DNA of 64,000 bases. It comes from Bacillales bacterium. Its GTDB lineage: Bacteria > Bacillota > Bacilli > CAJFEE01. Numbering within the stretch: position 1 is the stretch's first letter; every line of letters begins with the position of its first letter. Positions 20,558 to 31,188 of the stretch are shown here, one piece after another. A program made the position numbers and the translations under genes. The stretch lies in the NCBI GenBank assembly GCA_029256085.1, contig JAQSYP010000002.1, forward strand, positions 343,342-407,341. The letters run 5' to 3'. Below the pieces are notes generated by a model, which ran no database searches, was not told where the DNA came from, and saw only the letters and a list, made by a program, of their open reading frames with translations.

Positions 20558-20700
20558 TTATCACTAACTTTTCGCTACTTATCACCAACTTTTCACTACT
20601 TATCACCAACTTTTCACTACTTATCACTAACTTTTCGCTACTTATCACCAACTTTTCACTACTTATCACCAACTTTTCACTACTTATCACTAACTTTCCG
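20558..20700. repeat. 21-bp tandem repeat, about 7 copies, order A-B-B-A-B-B-A'
   Basis: A=TTATCACTAACTTTTCGCTAC, B=TTATCACCAACTTTTCACTAC; contiguous, no spacers. Confidence 0.95.
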
Positions 20701-20747
20701 CATTATTTAATCCAATTAAAAAGACTGCAATATTGTACTGCAGTCTT

Positions 20748-21167
20748 TTACTTTTTCTTAATCTCCTCATACTTCTGAAACCATTCAGGAAAAGCCTTTT
20801 TAAACTGAATCGGTCTAAAACTATCCTTTGTAACGATTATATGTGTTGTTGATCCTTCAACACACACATCTCCGTCACCATTTACAATATGGTAACCGTA
20901 AATGGTTTTCAGTCCAGTGTTTTCCTCAACCCACGTTTTCACAAAAGCTTTATCACCAAATTTAATAGATTTCTTATATGTAATATTTAAATTATAGACT
21001 GGTGCATAGTATCCTGCCTTTTCCATGTCAAGATAATTATATCCAAGATCCTCGATAAGCTGTGATCTACCGAGCTCCAACCACTTCGCATAGTTTGCGT
21101 GATAAATAACACCCATCATATCTGTATCTGCATAATATATTTGAATTTCTTTAGTTGATATATACAT
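20748..21167 (-). CDS. Acyl-CoA thioesterase (4HBT/YbgC hot-dog family)
   Basis: AAAGGA RBS, ATG 21167; YADTDMMGVIYHANY..WLELGR. Confidence 0.92.
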   Translation of the reverse strand: MYISTKEIQIYYADTDMMGVIYHANYAKWLELGRSQLIEDLGYNYLDMEKAGYYAPVYNLNITYKKSIKFGDKAFVKTWVEENTGLKTIYGYHIVNGDGDVCVEGSTTHIIVTKDSFRPIQFKKAFPEWFQKYEEIKKK

Positions 21168-21357
21168 ATTTTCATTCCTTTCAAAAACCAAATCTAGTAA
21201 TTCTAGTTTAAAACATTTCATTAAAATATTCACGTTATTAACCAAACATAAATATCACACCGTAAATTTTTCTGAAAATTTGCGCAAAATCATCATACTT
21301 TTATCATAATTTTGGCATAAAATATAAGTATAAATAACCTAGAATGGTGGGTTTAAA

Positions 21358-21570
21358 ATGAGCGAAATACTAATTGTTTACGGGATGGAATGTAGCGAAT
21401 GTGCGGACAAAATTTCTGAAGTTCTTAGCAGGAAATCTGCTGTCAAATATGTTGAAGTAAGCCTCGAAAACAAAACTGTAAAAGTTGATTACAGCGAAGA
21501 TGACATGTCTTTAATGGCAATCGAGAACATAATTGATGAAATGGGGTTTGAAGTTTATTGGAATTTGTAA
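21358..21570 (+). CDS. Heavy-metal-associated (CopZ-like) protein
   Basis: GMECSEC metal-binding loop; IDEMGFEV C-terminus. Confidence 0.85.
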   Translation: MSEILIVYGMECSECADKISEVLSRKSAVKYVEVSLENKTVKVDYSEDDMSLMAIENIIDEMGFEVYWNL

Positions 21571-21627
21571 TCGGTTACAAACTATAAAAGACACTGTCGA
21601 GAAAAAATTACAGTGTCTTTTATTATT

Positions 21628-22119
21628 TTAATGTTCTAGCGAGTTAGCTATTTCAACTAATTCTTCATTCGGAACTTTGTTTTCAACACGTTTATCGACA
21701 TTTAATATGTATTGAAAATTATAATCCTCAAATACTAATGTGTTAAACCCGGAAAAATTTATGAGTTTTGCAGTCCTTCCGTTTTCTAAACGATACTCCC
21801 TTAAAACGTCCATATGTTTATCTTTCAACTTATATTTCAACCTTCTAACTTCAATAAAATAATGAACTTCTGGTTTTTCAAGATTCATATAAGTTAATCT
21901 TAATGATTCATTTAACGGCTCTTCACTAAAACTTTCATTATAGTACGTAAAATCTAGTTGAGGTAATTTTGTAGGTAATTTTAATTCCATATTAGTATGT
22001 TTTTCAAAATCGCTTACTGCTTTATAATAACCTCTGTTTACTTCACTTATTTCTGCACCTATAACCCCTAAATTGGTTGAAAATATTAAAATCCCAATAA
22101 ATAAGATGTATTTTAACAT
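21628..22119 (-). CDS. Secreted hypothetical protein
   Basis: AGGGGG RBS; signal peptide; LKLPTKLP and ELVEIANSL motifs. Confidence 0.75.
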   Translation of the reverse strand: MLKYILFIGILIFSTNLGVIGAEISEVNRGYYKAVSDFEKHTNMELKLPTKLPQLDFTYYNESFSEEPLNESLRLTYMNLEKPEVHYFIEVRRLKYKLKDKHMDVLREYRLENGRTAKLINFSGFNTLVFEDYNFQYILNVDKRVENKVPNEELVEIANSLEH

Positions 22120-22190
22120 TTAAATGCCCCCTAGAATGTTCTAGTTGTAATTATTCCCAAAAAATAAAAAAGTAGCACTTAGCTACTTTT

Positions 22191-23114
22191 CTACATATTT
22201 GCATTCTCATTCTTCGGTTTAAGTGAAGGTAAGTATCTCATAATCGGAATTTCAGCAAACAACATTCCCATTAAAATTAGTAAACACCCAATAACTGCTC
22301 GCATTCCGAGTGTGTGGCCATTCCAGAAGAAGTCAGCAATGGCTGCAAAAACTGGTTCAGTGGCGAAAATTAATGCTACCTTTGACGCGCTGACAGACTT
22401 TTGAAAATATGTTTGTGCAATAAATGCTAACGCTGTTGCAAACAGGCTAGTTATTAATAACGCACTAATAACTTCAGGATGTAAAATATTATCTAACTCT
22501 AGTGCTGGTTCATATATAAATCCAAAAATTCCACTTAAAACTGCCACTGTAATCAATTGAACTAAAACAAGATTTAGAACTGCACTTTGAGATGAAAATT
22601 TTCCCGTATAAACAATATGAAATCCAAAGGCAAACGCACAAAATAGTGCTAACAAGTCACCTATATTAACTGCTGATAAATCAGTAAAAGCTAATAAAAA
22701 TAGTCCGAGAACCGCTAAAATAGCCCCTAAAACACCTTGATACGTTGGTGTTTGTTTTAACACAAAATAAGAAATGATCGGTACAATCGCAACTGATAAA
22801 CCTGTCAAAAATCCGGCCTTGCCTGATGTTGTGTACAATAAACTAAATGTTTGTAACGCATATCCCATGAAGAGTAAAAACCCAAGAAAAGAGCCAGCCT
22901 TAAGCTGCGAAACAAAAATTTTAGAATCGAATTTTCCTTTTTGCGAAATTAACAGATATAGAAAAATTAATAGCGATGCTAAAGTAAACCGAACAAAGTT
23001 AAAAGTGAAAGGTTCGAGTGTTGAAATTGCATCTTGCACAATAACAAACGTTATCCCCCAAATAAAAGCAATTCCAAGTAATGCTGAATTTATAAAACTA
23101 TTATTATTTAACAT
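22191..23114 (-). CDS. EamA/DMT family transporter
   Basis: AGGGAG RBS, ATG 23114; IWGITF, GDLLAL and TEPVFA motifs. Confidence 0.92.
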   Translation of the reverse strand: MLNNNSFINSALLGIAFIWGITFVIVQDAISTLEPFTFNFVRFTLASLLIFLYLLISQKGKFDSKIFVSQLKAGSFLGFLLFMGYALQTFSLLYTTSGKAGFLTGLSVAIVPIISYFVLKQTPTYQGVLGAILAVLGLFLLAFTDLSAVNIGDLLALFCAFAFGFHIVYTGKFSSQSAVLNLVLVQLITVAVLSGIFGFIYEPALELDNILHPEVISALLITSLFATALAFIAQTYFQKSVSASKVALIFATEPVFAAIADFFWNGHTLGMRAVIGCLLILMGMLFAEIPIMRYLPSLKPKNENANM

Positions 23115-23221
23115 TATTAATATCTCCCTATATGAAGTTCTGTTAGAATTATATATGAAATATATGATAAAATTATTTTGTTGTAAATGCAACAAAATTT
23201 TTCTTATTAAGGAGATTTACA

Positions 23222-23674
23222 ATGAAAGAAATTTTACGGGAAATTGGAATGATCGCTAGAGCCTTAGACTCTATTAGTAATATTGAGTTTAAAGAATTCG
23301 ATCTTACAAAAGGTCAATATTTGTACCTTGTCCGAATATGTGAAAATCCTGGCGTCATACAAGAAAAGCTCGCTGAAATGATTAAAGTTGACCGCACAAC
23401 TGCTGCAAGAGCTATTCAAAAGTTAGAAACCCAAGGTTTTATTGAAAAAAAAGACGATCTTGAAAATAAAAAAATAAAGAAACTATACCCGACCAATAAA
23501 GGTCTCGAAGTTTATCCTTTTTTAAAAAGAGAAGGAGACTACTCAAATAAGGTTGCCCTGACAGGATTTACCCATGAAGAAGCCGAAACAATTTACAATC
23601 TTCTTCATAGGGTCCGTAAGAATGTTGAGGTAGACTGGGAGTTTGTAAAAAAAGGGAACAGGAGAGAATATTAA
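23222..23674 (+). CDS. MarR-family regulator
   Basis: LTKGQYLYLVRICENPG..QEKLAEMIKVDRTTAARAIQKLE. Confidence 0.92.
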   Translation: MKEILREIGMIARALDSISNIEFKEFDLTKGQYLYLVRICENPGVIQEKLAEMIKVDRTTAARAIQKLETQGFIEKKDDLENKKIKKLYPTNKGLEVYPFLKREGDYSNKVALTGFTHEEAETIYNLLHRVRKNVEVDWEFVKKGNRREY

Positions 23675-23871
23675 GGCTTCTTACACCCACAGTCATCTTT
23701 TTTGTATTGAGCGTATTGTGTTTCTTTCGAATCTAAATTTTCAATATTTGCTGCACTTAACGAACAAAATAAAATTGTAATTAGCAATAGATTTTTCATT
23801 TCTTTACGCCCTTTTTTAGAGTTATTATTCCCTACTTTCGTGAAAAAAATAGTTTTGAAAGGAAGTTCTGT

Positions 23872-24540
23872 ATGAATGAAAAAACAGCCCTTATAGCAGG
23901 CTCAAGTGGATTGGTTGGAAATGAACTTTTACATATAATCTTAAATAGTAAAGAATACGAAAAAGTATACTCACTCGTTAGACGCCCTCTTGGTGTAGAG
24001 CACCCTAAGTTAGTCGAAGTTATTTGTGATTTTGACAACCTCAATGCCGTAGAGAAGTTTTTTAGCGTTGATGATGTATACTGCTGCTTAGGCACTACGA
24101 TAAAAAAAGCTAAAACAAAAGATGCTATGTACAAAATCGACGTCGAATATCCGATTGCAATAGCTAAACTTGCCCATAGTAAGGGAGCAAATCATTTTCT
24201 TCTTATAAGCTCAATGAGTGCCAACTCAAATTCCCGAATTTGGTATTCAAAAATGAAGGGGGAGCTAGAGGAAAAACTGCAAACTACTCCATATAACTCG
24301 ATATCAATTTTGCGTCCTTCCCTTTTACTCGGTAATCGCAAGGAATTCCGCTTAGGCGAAAAATTTGCTAGTAATATTTTTTACGGACTCTCGTTTCTAC
24401 TAAAAGATTCATGGAAAAGCAAATTTGGGATAGAAGCAAAAACTGTTGCGGAAGCAATGCACAAAATTGCTAAAGTAGGCATAAAAGGTACTACAATTTA
24501 CCCCTCAAACAAAATTGCCGAAATAGCGAGGAACTCATAA
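23872..24540 (+). CDS. NAD(P)H-binding oxidoreductase (CC3/TIP30-like atypical SDR)
   Basis: AGSSGLVG, CCLGTTIKKA, Y.KMKGELE and RPSLLLG motifs. Confidence 0.9.
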   Translation: MNEKTALIAGSSGLVGNELLHIILNSKEYEKVYSLVRRPLGVEHPKLVEVICDFDNLNAVEKFFSVDDVYCCLGTTIKKAKTKDAMYKIDVEYPIAIAKLAHSKGANHFLLISSMSANSNSRIWYSKMKGELEEKLQTTPYNSISILRPSLLLGNRKEFRLGEKFASNIFYGLSFLLKDSWKSKFGIEAKTVAEAMHKIAKVGIKGTTIYPSNKIAEIARNS

Positions 24541-25091
24541 TGAAAAAAACAATTACCATTATAGTTCTAGTTTCTATAATTTTGTCAATTCACGCACATA
24601 GATTATCTACGGTTTATAAATTGATGAAAATTGGTAAGGAACCTAGATTTGCTGAGAGGTCAGCTCTTTACAAAGACGGCGGAACTACTAAATATTCTGG
24701 ATTTCTATATGAAATTACGGATTTTAACCAATTAAATGGAAGAAAGGATATCAAATTCTCATCTCTCTTTTTTGTTAAGTCCATAGAAGACACTAAAGTT
24801 ATCAAAAAAGAAGATATTCCTATTGAAAATGTAAAAGGTCAGATTGCAGTTTATGATGCTAAAACTATAATATTAATAAAATCTGCTGTAAAAAGTGCTA
24901 CTAAGCAGTCTGGACTAGTGAATATGGCCGATCCACACTATCAAATAAAAGCGGATAGTGAATTGTACTCACTTTGGTTAACAGAAGACTCTGGGACATT
25001 GATGACCAATACGCAGGATACCCATACTATTTATACACTGACCGAACAAGGAATTACCGACTTTAAAAAGATCATAAATGAATCAAAATAA
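24540..25091 (+). CDS. Membrane-anchored protein with YhfM-like C-terminal domain
   Basis: TAATG coupling to upstream gene; GLVNMADP...DTHTIYTL shared with 3498..4193. Confidence 0.75.
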   Translation: MKKTITIIVLVSIILSIHAHRLSTVYKLMKIGKEPRFAERSALYKDGGTTKYSGFLYEITDFNQLNGRKDIKFSSLFFVKSIEDTKVIKKEDIPIENVKGQIAVYDAKTIILIKSAVKSATKQSGLVNMADPHYQIKADSELYSLWLTEDSGTLMTNTQDTHTIYTLTEQGITDFKKIINESK

Positions 25092-25125
25092 TTTTGATGC
25101 TTCTCATAAGGGGAGCATTTTTTGT

Positions 25126-25240
25126 TTGGATTAAAAATAACGGTTTTTGGATTAAAAAAAATTTTTTTGGATCAAATATTTTAGTAAACGGATTGAAAAC
25201 CAAATAGTTCGGATTGAAAATCACGATTTTCGGATTAAAA
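25126..25240. repeat. Degenerate ~21-bp-period repeat (6 GGAT cores)
   Basis: GGAT at 25128, 25149, 25169, 25190, 25211 and 25232, between two convergent terminator hairpins. Confidence 0.7.
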
Positions 25241-25293
25241 ACAATTTTCCCAAACAAAAAACCACCTTCCATCAAGAAGGTGGCGACATAATA

Positions 25294-26922
25294 TTATATT
25301 ACACTTGATAAAGTTAGCCTGTTTTTACCAGAACTCTTTGAAACATAGAGAGCTTTATCTGCTTTCTTAAGAATTTCTTCAACTGTTCCACCATCAAGTG
25401 GCCAAACCGCAATTCCAATACTGCATCCGACATTCGCAAATTTACCTTCTAAGTAAAAATCTTCATTAATAGCGCTGATTATCTCACCTGCAATATTTTT
25501 ACCAGTCATATGCGATTGGATAGCCGGTAGCTTCAATACAATCACGAACTCGTCTCCACCTAAACGAGACACAAATTGTCCTGCAACAACCTTTGATAAA
25601 CGTCTACCAACTTCTTGTAAAAGTAAATCTCCAATGTGATGTCCATGTGTGTCATTAACACCCTTAAATCCATCTAGATCCAAGTACAGAAATACTAAAG
25701 AGTCACCATCAGATTTAGCCTTCACCATCGCTTCATCTACATAGTTGAAAAGTGCAGCACGGTTCGGTAATCCGGTTAAATTATCATGAGTAGCTTTTGT
25801 TTCCATTACACCTAGCTCTGTTTCTTTTCGACCAAGTGTAGTCACAAGCTCCCTAATACTAGATGATAAAATTTCAACTTCCTTAATACCTTTATGAATC
25901 TGGATTTCAGTTTCTTCGCCAGATATTAGTTTTTTAGCAGTATTCGAAATTGAATTTAAAGGACTTGTAATTCGGCCAGCTAAAAGCCACCCGATAAATG
26001 CAAAAATTATTGCAGAAATCGTTCCCAACAACATTATTGTTTCTTGAAGATCCTTTACCGTTGAAAATGCTGTTGCCTCAGGCTGCCTTACAATAACAGT
26101 CCATCCAAGTCCTGGGTAATTTTTATAACCTTTTCCAAAAGCATAACCTGATACATAGCTTTTTCCATCTGGCCATTTTTCAATTTTAAAATCATTTTTA
26201 TGTGACTGTGCTAATTTTACACTATCAATATTCAATGGTTTACCTACCATCTTTTCGGGGCCAAGTAAAACTGTATTATCTTTTGAACTTACGATGAAAA
26301 TTTCTACATCTTTTCTTTTTCCTTCTAGTGGCTTAAGAACACTCTCACGCATTTCTTTTGACCATTCCCAACTTAAGTGCGCCGCTAAAACCCCTAAACT
26401 TTTGCCGTTATTATCTAAAATCGGAGTACTAATATCAACGAATTGTAGCGGCTCGCCAGATGGGTTTGGTAGTAACTTAGCTAAAAGAACAGCATCGTGG
26501 ACATCACCAATAAAAGTTCTCTTCATACCTTCAATGTATACGGGACGCGATCGAACATCAGCACCTTCTAAAATACCACCCGTAGAAGCAATTACACGCC
26601 CTTCATTGCTAGTAATCCCTACCCATGAAAAAGAAGGTATACTCTCATTTAACTGGTTTAATAATCTTCTTATCTCACCAGGATTTTCTCGATTTTGAAG
26701 TGTGTCAAGTTCACTTAAAATCATTACCTCGCTATATCTAGACCACATAAAATGATCTAGTTTGTCAGACATTTGAAAAGCAGCTTCTGATAAAGAATTT
26801 CCAACTTCATCTTGAAGCTTCTCACTCGACTTTTTTCCAATGACTACACTCAAAATCAATGATAATACTATTATTAGTCCTGCAATTGTTATCGCAAAAT
26901 ATGTACGCAGTTTTATCGACAA
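25294..26922 (-). CDS. Cache-HAMP-GGDEF diguanylate cyclase
   Basis: Two TM segments flank a Cache-like domain; HDNLTGLPNR, DLDGFK.VND..GH..GD and RLGGDEF. Confidence 0.93.
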   Translation of the reverse strand: MSIKLRTYFAITIAGLIIVLSLILSVVIGKKSSEKLQDEVGNSLSEAAFQMSDKLDHFMWSRYSEVMILSELDTLQNRENPGEIRRLLNQLNESIPSFSWVGITSNEGRVIASTGGILEGADVRSRPVYIEGMKRTFIGDVHDAVLLAKLLPNPSGEPLQFVDISTPILDNNGKSLGVLAAHLSWEWSKEMRESVLKPLEGKRKDVEIFIVSSKDNTVLLGPEKMVGKPLNIDSVKLAQSHKNDFKIEKWPDGKSYVSGYAFGKGYKNYPGLGWTVIVRQPEATAFSTVKDLQETIMLLGTISAIIFAFIGWLLAGRITSPLNSISNTAKKLISGEETEIQIHKGIKEVEILSSSIRELVTTLGRKETELGVMETKATHDNLTGLPNRAALFNYVDEAMVKAKSDGDSLVFLYLDLDGFKGVNDTHGHHIGDLLLQEVGRRLSKVVAGQFVSRLGGDEFVIVLKLPAIQSHMTGKNIAGEIISAINEDFYLEGKFANVGCSIGIAVWPLDGGTVEEILKKADKALYVSKSSGKNRLTLSSVI

Positions 26923-27057
26923 ATTTCAACACTCATTTCCGAAAAAATGTTATTTTATGTCTAATTATAAACTTTTTTCTGAAAATTGAATATATAGTAT
27001 TTTAGAAAAATATTATTAAATTTTTAATTAAATGATACAATAGATACAGTTTATTTT

Positions 27058-28425
27058 TTGGAGGACCACATGAATACCGACTTAAAGGTTAAAATTAATC
27101 GGTTTCTAGGGTTATTGATACCAATCTTAGTAACCCAAGTAACTTTATTCTCAATGGCATTTTTCGATACAGTTATGTCTGGCAATAGTAGTCCAGAGGA
27201 TTTGGCAGGTGTAGCAATTGGTGTAAGTATTTGGGTGCCAATTAGCACAGGACTTACTGGAATTCTTGCCGCGGTGACAACTTTAGTTTCTAATTATCAC
27301 GGGGCTAAGGAAAATGACAAAATTGCCCCACTTATTATACAAGGAGTTTATCTAGCAACAACTATTTCTGTTTCAATCATTATAATTGGTGCTTTTGCTC
27401 TTAATCCAATTTTAAGTCTAATGGATCTTGAGCCAAAAGTTCAACAAGTTGCACACGATTTTCTAGTAACACTTTCATTCGGGATTATTCCACTTTATAT
27501 CTATAACGTAATTAGATATTTTATAGATGGTATTGGTAAAACTCGAACAACAATGTTCATTACTATTATGTATGTACCAATTAATATCTTCCTTAACTAT
27601 CTTTTTATATTTGGAAACTACGGTTTTCCTAAATTAGGTGGTGTCGGAGCTGCAGTCGGATCGGCTATTACATATTGGGTGATACTTCTAATTGCTATTT
27701 ATATCGTTCGAACAAAGAAGCCTTTCACAAGTTTTTCCGTCTTAACTAAATTTGAAAAAGTTTCTTTTGAGAAGTGGAAAGTAATACTAACTTTAGGAAT
27801 CCCAATTGGATTAAGTATCTTTTTTGAAGTTAGTATATTTTCAGTCGTAACACTTTTATTAAGTGAATTTGATACGAAAACAATTGCAGCACATACTATT
27901 GCAATGAACTTTGCATCAATGCTTTACATGCTCCCTTTAAGCATTTCAATGGCTTTAACAATTGCAGTTGGATTTGAAGTTGGTGCGAGAAATTTTGAAA
28001 ACGCTAGAAAATATGGTTTTATAGGAATTGCAATGGCATTATTATTCGCTACTGCATTCGGTATTATTATATACTTCTTCAGATTTGAAGTTGCGGGTAT
28101 GTATACGAATGATTTAAGCGTTCAAACTATGGCAGGTGGTTTCTTAATTTTCGCGATACTATTCCAACTATCTGATGCCGTTGCCGCGCCAATACAGGGC
28201 GCACTTCGTGGTTATAGAGATGTTAATGCCACTATGATTATGATGATAATATCTTACTGGTTAATTGCATTACCTTGTGGATACTTACTCGTAAAATACA
28301 CTGACTGGGGTGCAAAAGGATACTGGATTGGCTTGATTATTGGTTTAGCTGTCTCCGCAAGCACACTTTTAGGTCGCTTGTTAATTTTACAAAAAAGAAA
28401 AGCTGAAGAAGCTTTAAATGCCTAG
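27058..28425 (+). CDS. norM: MATE family efflux transporter (NorM-like)
   Basis: DTVMSG, DLAGVAIG, LGGVGAA and GALRGYRD motifs; start may be ATG 27070. Confidence 0.9.
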   Translation: MEDHMNTDLKVKINRFLGLLIPILVTQVTLFSMAFFDTVMSGNSSPEDLAGVAIGVSIWVPISTGLTGILAAVTTLVSNYHGAKENDKIAPLIIQGVYLATTISVSIIIIGAFALNPILSLMDLEPKVQQVAHDFLVTLSFGIIPLYIYNVIRYFIDGIGKTRTTMFITIMYVPINIFLNYLFIFGNYGFPKLGGVGAAVGSAITYWVILLIAIYIVRTKKPFTSFSVLTKFEKVSFEKWKVILTLGIPIGLSIFFEVSIFSVVTLLLSEFDTKTIAAHTIAMNFASMLYMLPLSISMALTIAVGFEVGARNFENARKYGFIGIAMALLFATAFGIIIYFFRFEVAGMYTNDLSVQTMAGGFLIFAILFQLSDAVAAPIQGALRGYRDVNATMIMMIISYWLIALPCGYLLVKYTDWGAKGYWIGLIIGLAVSASTLLGRLLILQKRKAEEALNA

Positions 28426-28481
28426 CTTGAAGTTTAAGCTAGGTTTTTTTGCATGCAAAAACCCAACCATTTTCGGTTGGG

Positions 28482-28757
28482 TTACAAGAAAATATTTCTA
28501 ATTAGATTGTAAAATACATACTTACTTGTGTTTTTTACCTTCATTCCAAATACTTCTAATTCTTTACCTCTATATTTAGAAAGTTTTAATGACAATTTTT
28601 GATGTTCCATATGCAATTTATCTATTTGTTGACTAATTTCGATTGTTCGCTCGTGTTGAAGTCCAAATACTTCTGCATAAGTATACATAATCTTTTGTTT
28701 ACATTGAATCCTTCTCTCAATGATATATTGATGTGTAAGAATCCCGAATCTAATCAT
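28482..28757 (-). CDS. Spo0E-family aspartyl-phosphate phosphatase
   Basis: FGLQHERTIEISQQIDKL resembles the Spo0E SQELD signature. Confidence 0.7.
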   Translation of the reverse strand: MIRFGILTHQYIIERRIQCKQKIMYTYAEVFGLQHERTIEISQQIDKLHMEHQKLSLKLSKYRGKELEVFGMKVKNTSKYVFYNLIRNIFL

Positions 28758-29113
28758 ACAAATATCTCCTTAAAATCAACTAAAAAGCAATTATGTTCAA
28801 GTAATTTGTTGTCTGTTGTTAAATTATGTCAAAATAAAAATTGATTGTAAATAGAATCGCAAAACTAGTCATTAATCGACAGAACTTGTCATTATAACGC
28901 AAGATATATGAATAATTATACCATTATCAAAATGGACAAGTAAAAATACTGAAAATTAAGATTTCCGACAACTTTCGCCCTATTTCACTTGGAATATTAT
29001 ATTTTTCGACTTTATTCGAGTAATTTTATCCATATATTATCCAGTAACTACATGAGTAAATTTGTCAGAATTTCAAAATCTATAAATGCCCCCCTTAGAA
29101 TGGAGGGAAAAAA

Positions 29114-29356
29114 ATGGAAAATAGTTTGAGCATGAACACTGTCGATTATGATAAAGCATTGTTCTACACATACACATCACAATGGGATGAGCTCATAAAA
29201 TTAATGGTTCAAACACACGATGATATTTTCTCAAAAAAAATCGAGCATTTTGTACACGCATATAAGTATGGGAAAAATCTACGTGAGATTGACACAAAAC
29301 TCCATTCTCTATTTTTATATATTGACCACGCTTTAGATGCAAGTGATCATCAATAA
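29114..29356 (+). CDS. yhdB: YhdB-family protein
   Basis: DYDKALFYT..SQWD.L..LMV.T.DD..SKKIEHF; lies between spoVR and pgcA as in B. subtilis. Confidence 0.8.
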   Translation: MENSLSMNTVDYDKALFYTYTSQWDELIKLMVQTHDDIFSKKIEHFVHAYKYGKNLREIDTKLHSLFLYIDHALDASDHQ

Positions 29357-29476
29357 TGCCCACTAAACGTGCCATCTGATGGTACGTTTAGTCTACATAT
29401 TGTTGCTTTCCAAGTATAAATTACCCAGTTTAGCTAAAGATAATTAATAGTTTAAATTTTAGGTGGTGATCCGTAC

Positions 29477-30397
29477 ATGCGCAAATTAGTTTTAACATTT
29501 ATTTTACCAATATTATTATTATTCAGTGGCTGTAGTCTCAAAAATACTACAGATTTATTAAATATAGGTAAAAAATCTACATCTGTAAAAGACTTTCAAG
29601 GAAGTAAGAATGCAGATCATAGACTGAATATACTTCTTGTGGGGATTGACTCGAGAGGTGAGAAACATTCACGCTCAGATGCAATCATGATTGTGCAATA
29701 CAATCCTAAAACAAATGAAATAAGACTTGTTTCGATAATGCGGGATAGTTATGTCGCAATACCTACATACAAACATAAATATCATAAAATTAATACTGCC
29801 TACTATTTAGGTGGTCCTGAACTTTTACGAAAAACAATCAAACAGAATTTTGGAATTGAAATAAATCATTACGTGACGATTGACTTTAAGGGCTTTGAAA
29901 AAATTGTAGATTTAATTGCTCCAGAAGGTGTTCAAGTCAATGTAACTCAAAATATTATTAAAGATATGAAGTTAAATTTACAACCAGGAGTGCAAAAACT
30001 TCACGGCAAAGAACTTCTTGCATACGCAAGATTTCGCCATGATGCGGAAAGTGATTTTGGAAGGGTTGCTAGGCAACAAGAAATTATTACTGCTTTAAAA
30101 GATGCGGCTTACTCGAGACTTTCGAATTTTGATGCAATTGTAAAAGTTCCTAATTTAATCAATGAAGGTCTACAGTATGTTGAAACTAGTTTTTCTATGC
30201 AGGATATACTTTCTCTAGGAACTACTGTTGTCATGAACCCTGTTAAGACACTTGAATCAATGCGTATACCATTATCTAATACTTTTGAAAATGCGAGGTT
30301 CGATCATGCTGGACTTGTCCTTCAAATAGACGAGAATAAAAACCGTCAAGCGTTGAAAGAATTTCTAATCGAAAAACCTACCCCAGTTAATAAATGA
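29477..30397 (+). CDS. LytR-CpsA-Psr (LCP) family glycopolymer transferase, lipoprotein
   Basis: LFSGC; NILLVGID, RSDAIM, SIMRDSYV, YARFRH and SDFGRVARQQ. Confidence 0.92.
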   Translation: MRKLVLTFILPILLLFSGCSLKNTTDLLNIGKKSTSVKDFQGSKNADHRLNILLVGIDSRGEKHSRSDAIMIVQYNPKTNEIRLVSIMRDSYVAIPTYKHKYHKINTAYYLGGPELLRKTIKQNFGIEINHYVTIDFKGFEKIVDLIAPEGVQVNVTQNIIKDMKLNLQPGVQKLHGKELLAYARFRHDAESDFGRVARQQEIITALKDAAYSRLSNFDAIVKVPNLINEGLQYVETSFSMQDILSLGTTVVMNPVKTLESMRIPLSNTFENARFDHAGLVLQIDENKNRQALKEFLIEKPTPVNK

Positions 30398-30409
30398 GAT
30401 AAGCTTAAA

Positions 30410-30472
30410 AAAAGTAGATGATATATTGGCAAGAGTAGATGATATATCGTTAAAAGTAGATGATATATTGTT
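30410..30472. repeat. 21-bp tandem repeat, 3 copies
   Basis: AA(A/G)AGTAGATGATATAT core with GTAGATG at 30414, 30435 and 30456, next to a hairpin at about 30483..30517. Confidence 0.9.
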
Positions 30473-30528
30473 AAAAGGTGACAAAAGGCACCGAGATCCG
30501 AAGTCTCGATGCCTTTTATTTATCATTT

Positions 30529-31173
30529 TTAACTACTATATGTCCATCTCTTCTCTAAATAATTAAATAGCTTAGTGAATATTGCTGTAATCGATAAATA
30601 AATTGCTCCTACAAAAACAAATGGTAACAATGAGGCTTGCTTATTTGAAGCTATATTTCCTGCTCTTAGCAAGTCCTCTAAACCAACTACATAAACAAGA
30701 GCTGTATCCTTAACTAGTGTGATTACCTCATTTGCAACTGGTGGAACAACTAGTCTAAATGTTTGAGGTAAGATAATGTAACGGTACTTTTGAATAGTGG
30801 TAAATCCTAAAGCATCAGCTGCTTCATGTTGCCCCTTATCGATTGCCAGTAGACCAGCACGGAAAATTTCCGCAAAATACGCTGCGTAATTTAATATAAA
30901 TGCAATAAGTACAGCAGGTAATCTGTCGAAAACAATGCCAATATAAGGTAGTCCAAAAAATATAAATACAATTTGTAGTAAAAGTGGTGTTCCACGCATT
31001 ATCCAAATATAAGTGTGGATAATTTGATTAATAAATTTCAACTTAGAAAAGCGAAGAAGTGCAACTAACATTCCAAGTGGTATAGAAAAAATTAATGTGA
31101 TTATAAATACTAATGCTGTAGTTTTTAATCCCTCATATAATAATGGAGCTAAATTTAGAATGTAAGTTGACAC
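30529..31173 (-). CDS. Polar amino-acid ABC transporter permease
   Basis: RGTPLLLQ, AAYFAEIFRAG and GQHEAA.ALG motifs. Confidence 0.93.
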   Translation of the reverse strand: MSTYILNLAPLLYEGLKTTALVFIITLIFSIPLGMLVALLRFSKLKFINQIIHTYIWIMRGTPLLLQIVFIFFGLPYIGIVFDRLPAVLIAFILNYAAYFAEIFRAGLLAIDKGQHEAADALGFTTIQKYRYIILPQTFRLVVPPVANEVITLVKDTALVYVVGLEDLLRAGNIASNKQASLLPFVFVGAIYLSITAIFTKLFNYLEKRWTYSS

Positions 31174-31188
31174 TTCTCATCATCGCCT

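Noticed and set aside
20558-20700. CRISPR array
   Set aside because: Units are contiguous with no unique spacers, and no cas genes are present
25072-25275. 67-aa minus-strand ORF with FNP heptad repeats
   Set aside because: Appears to be a translation of the 21-bp DNA repeat; spans two terminator hairpins
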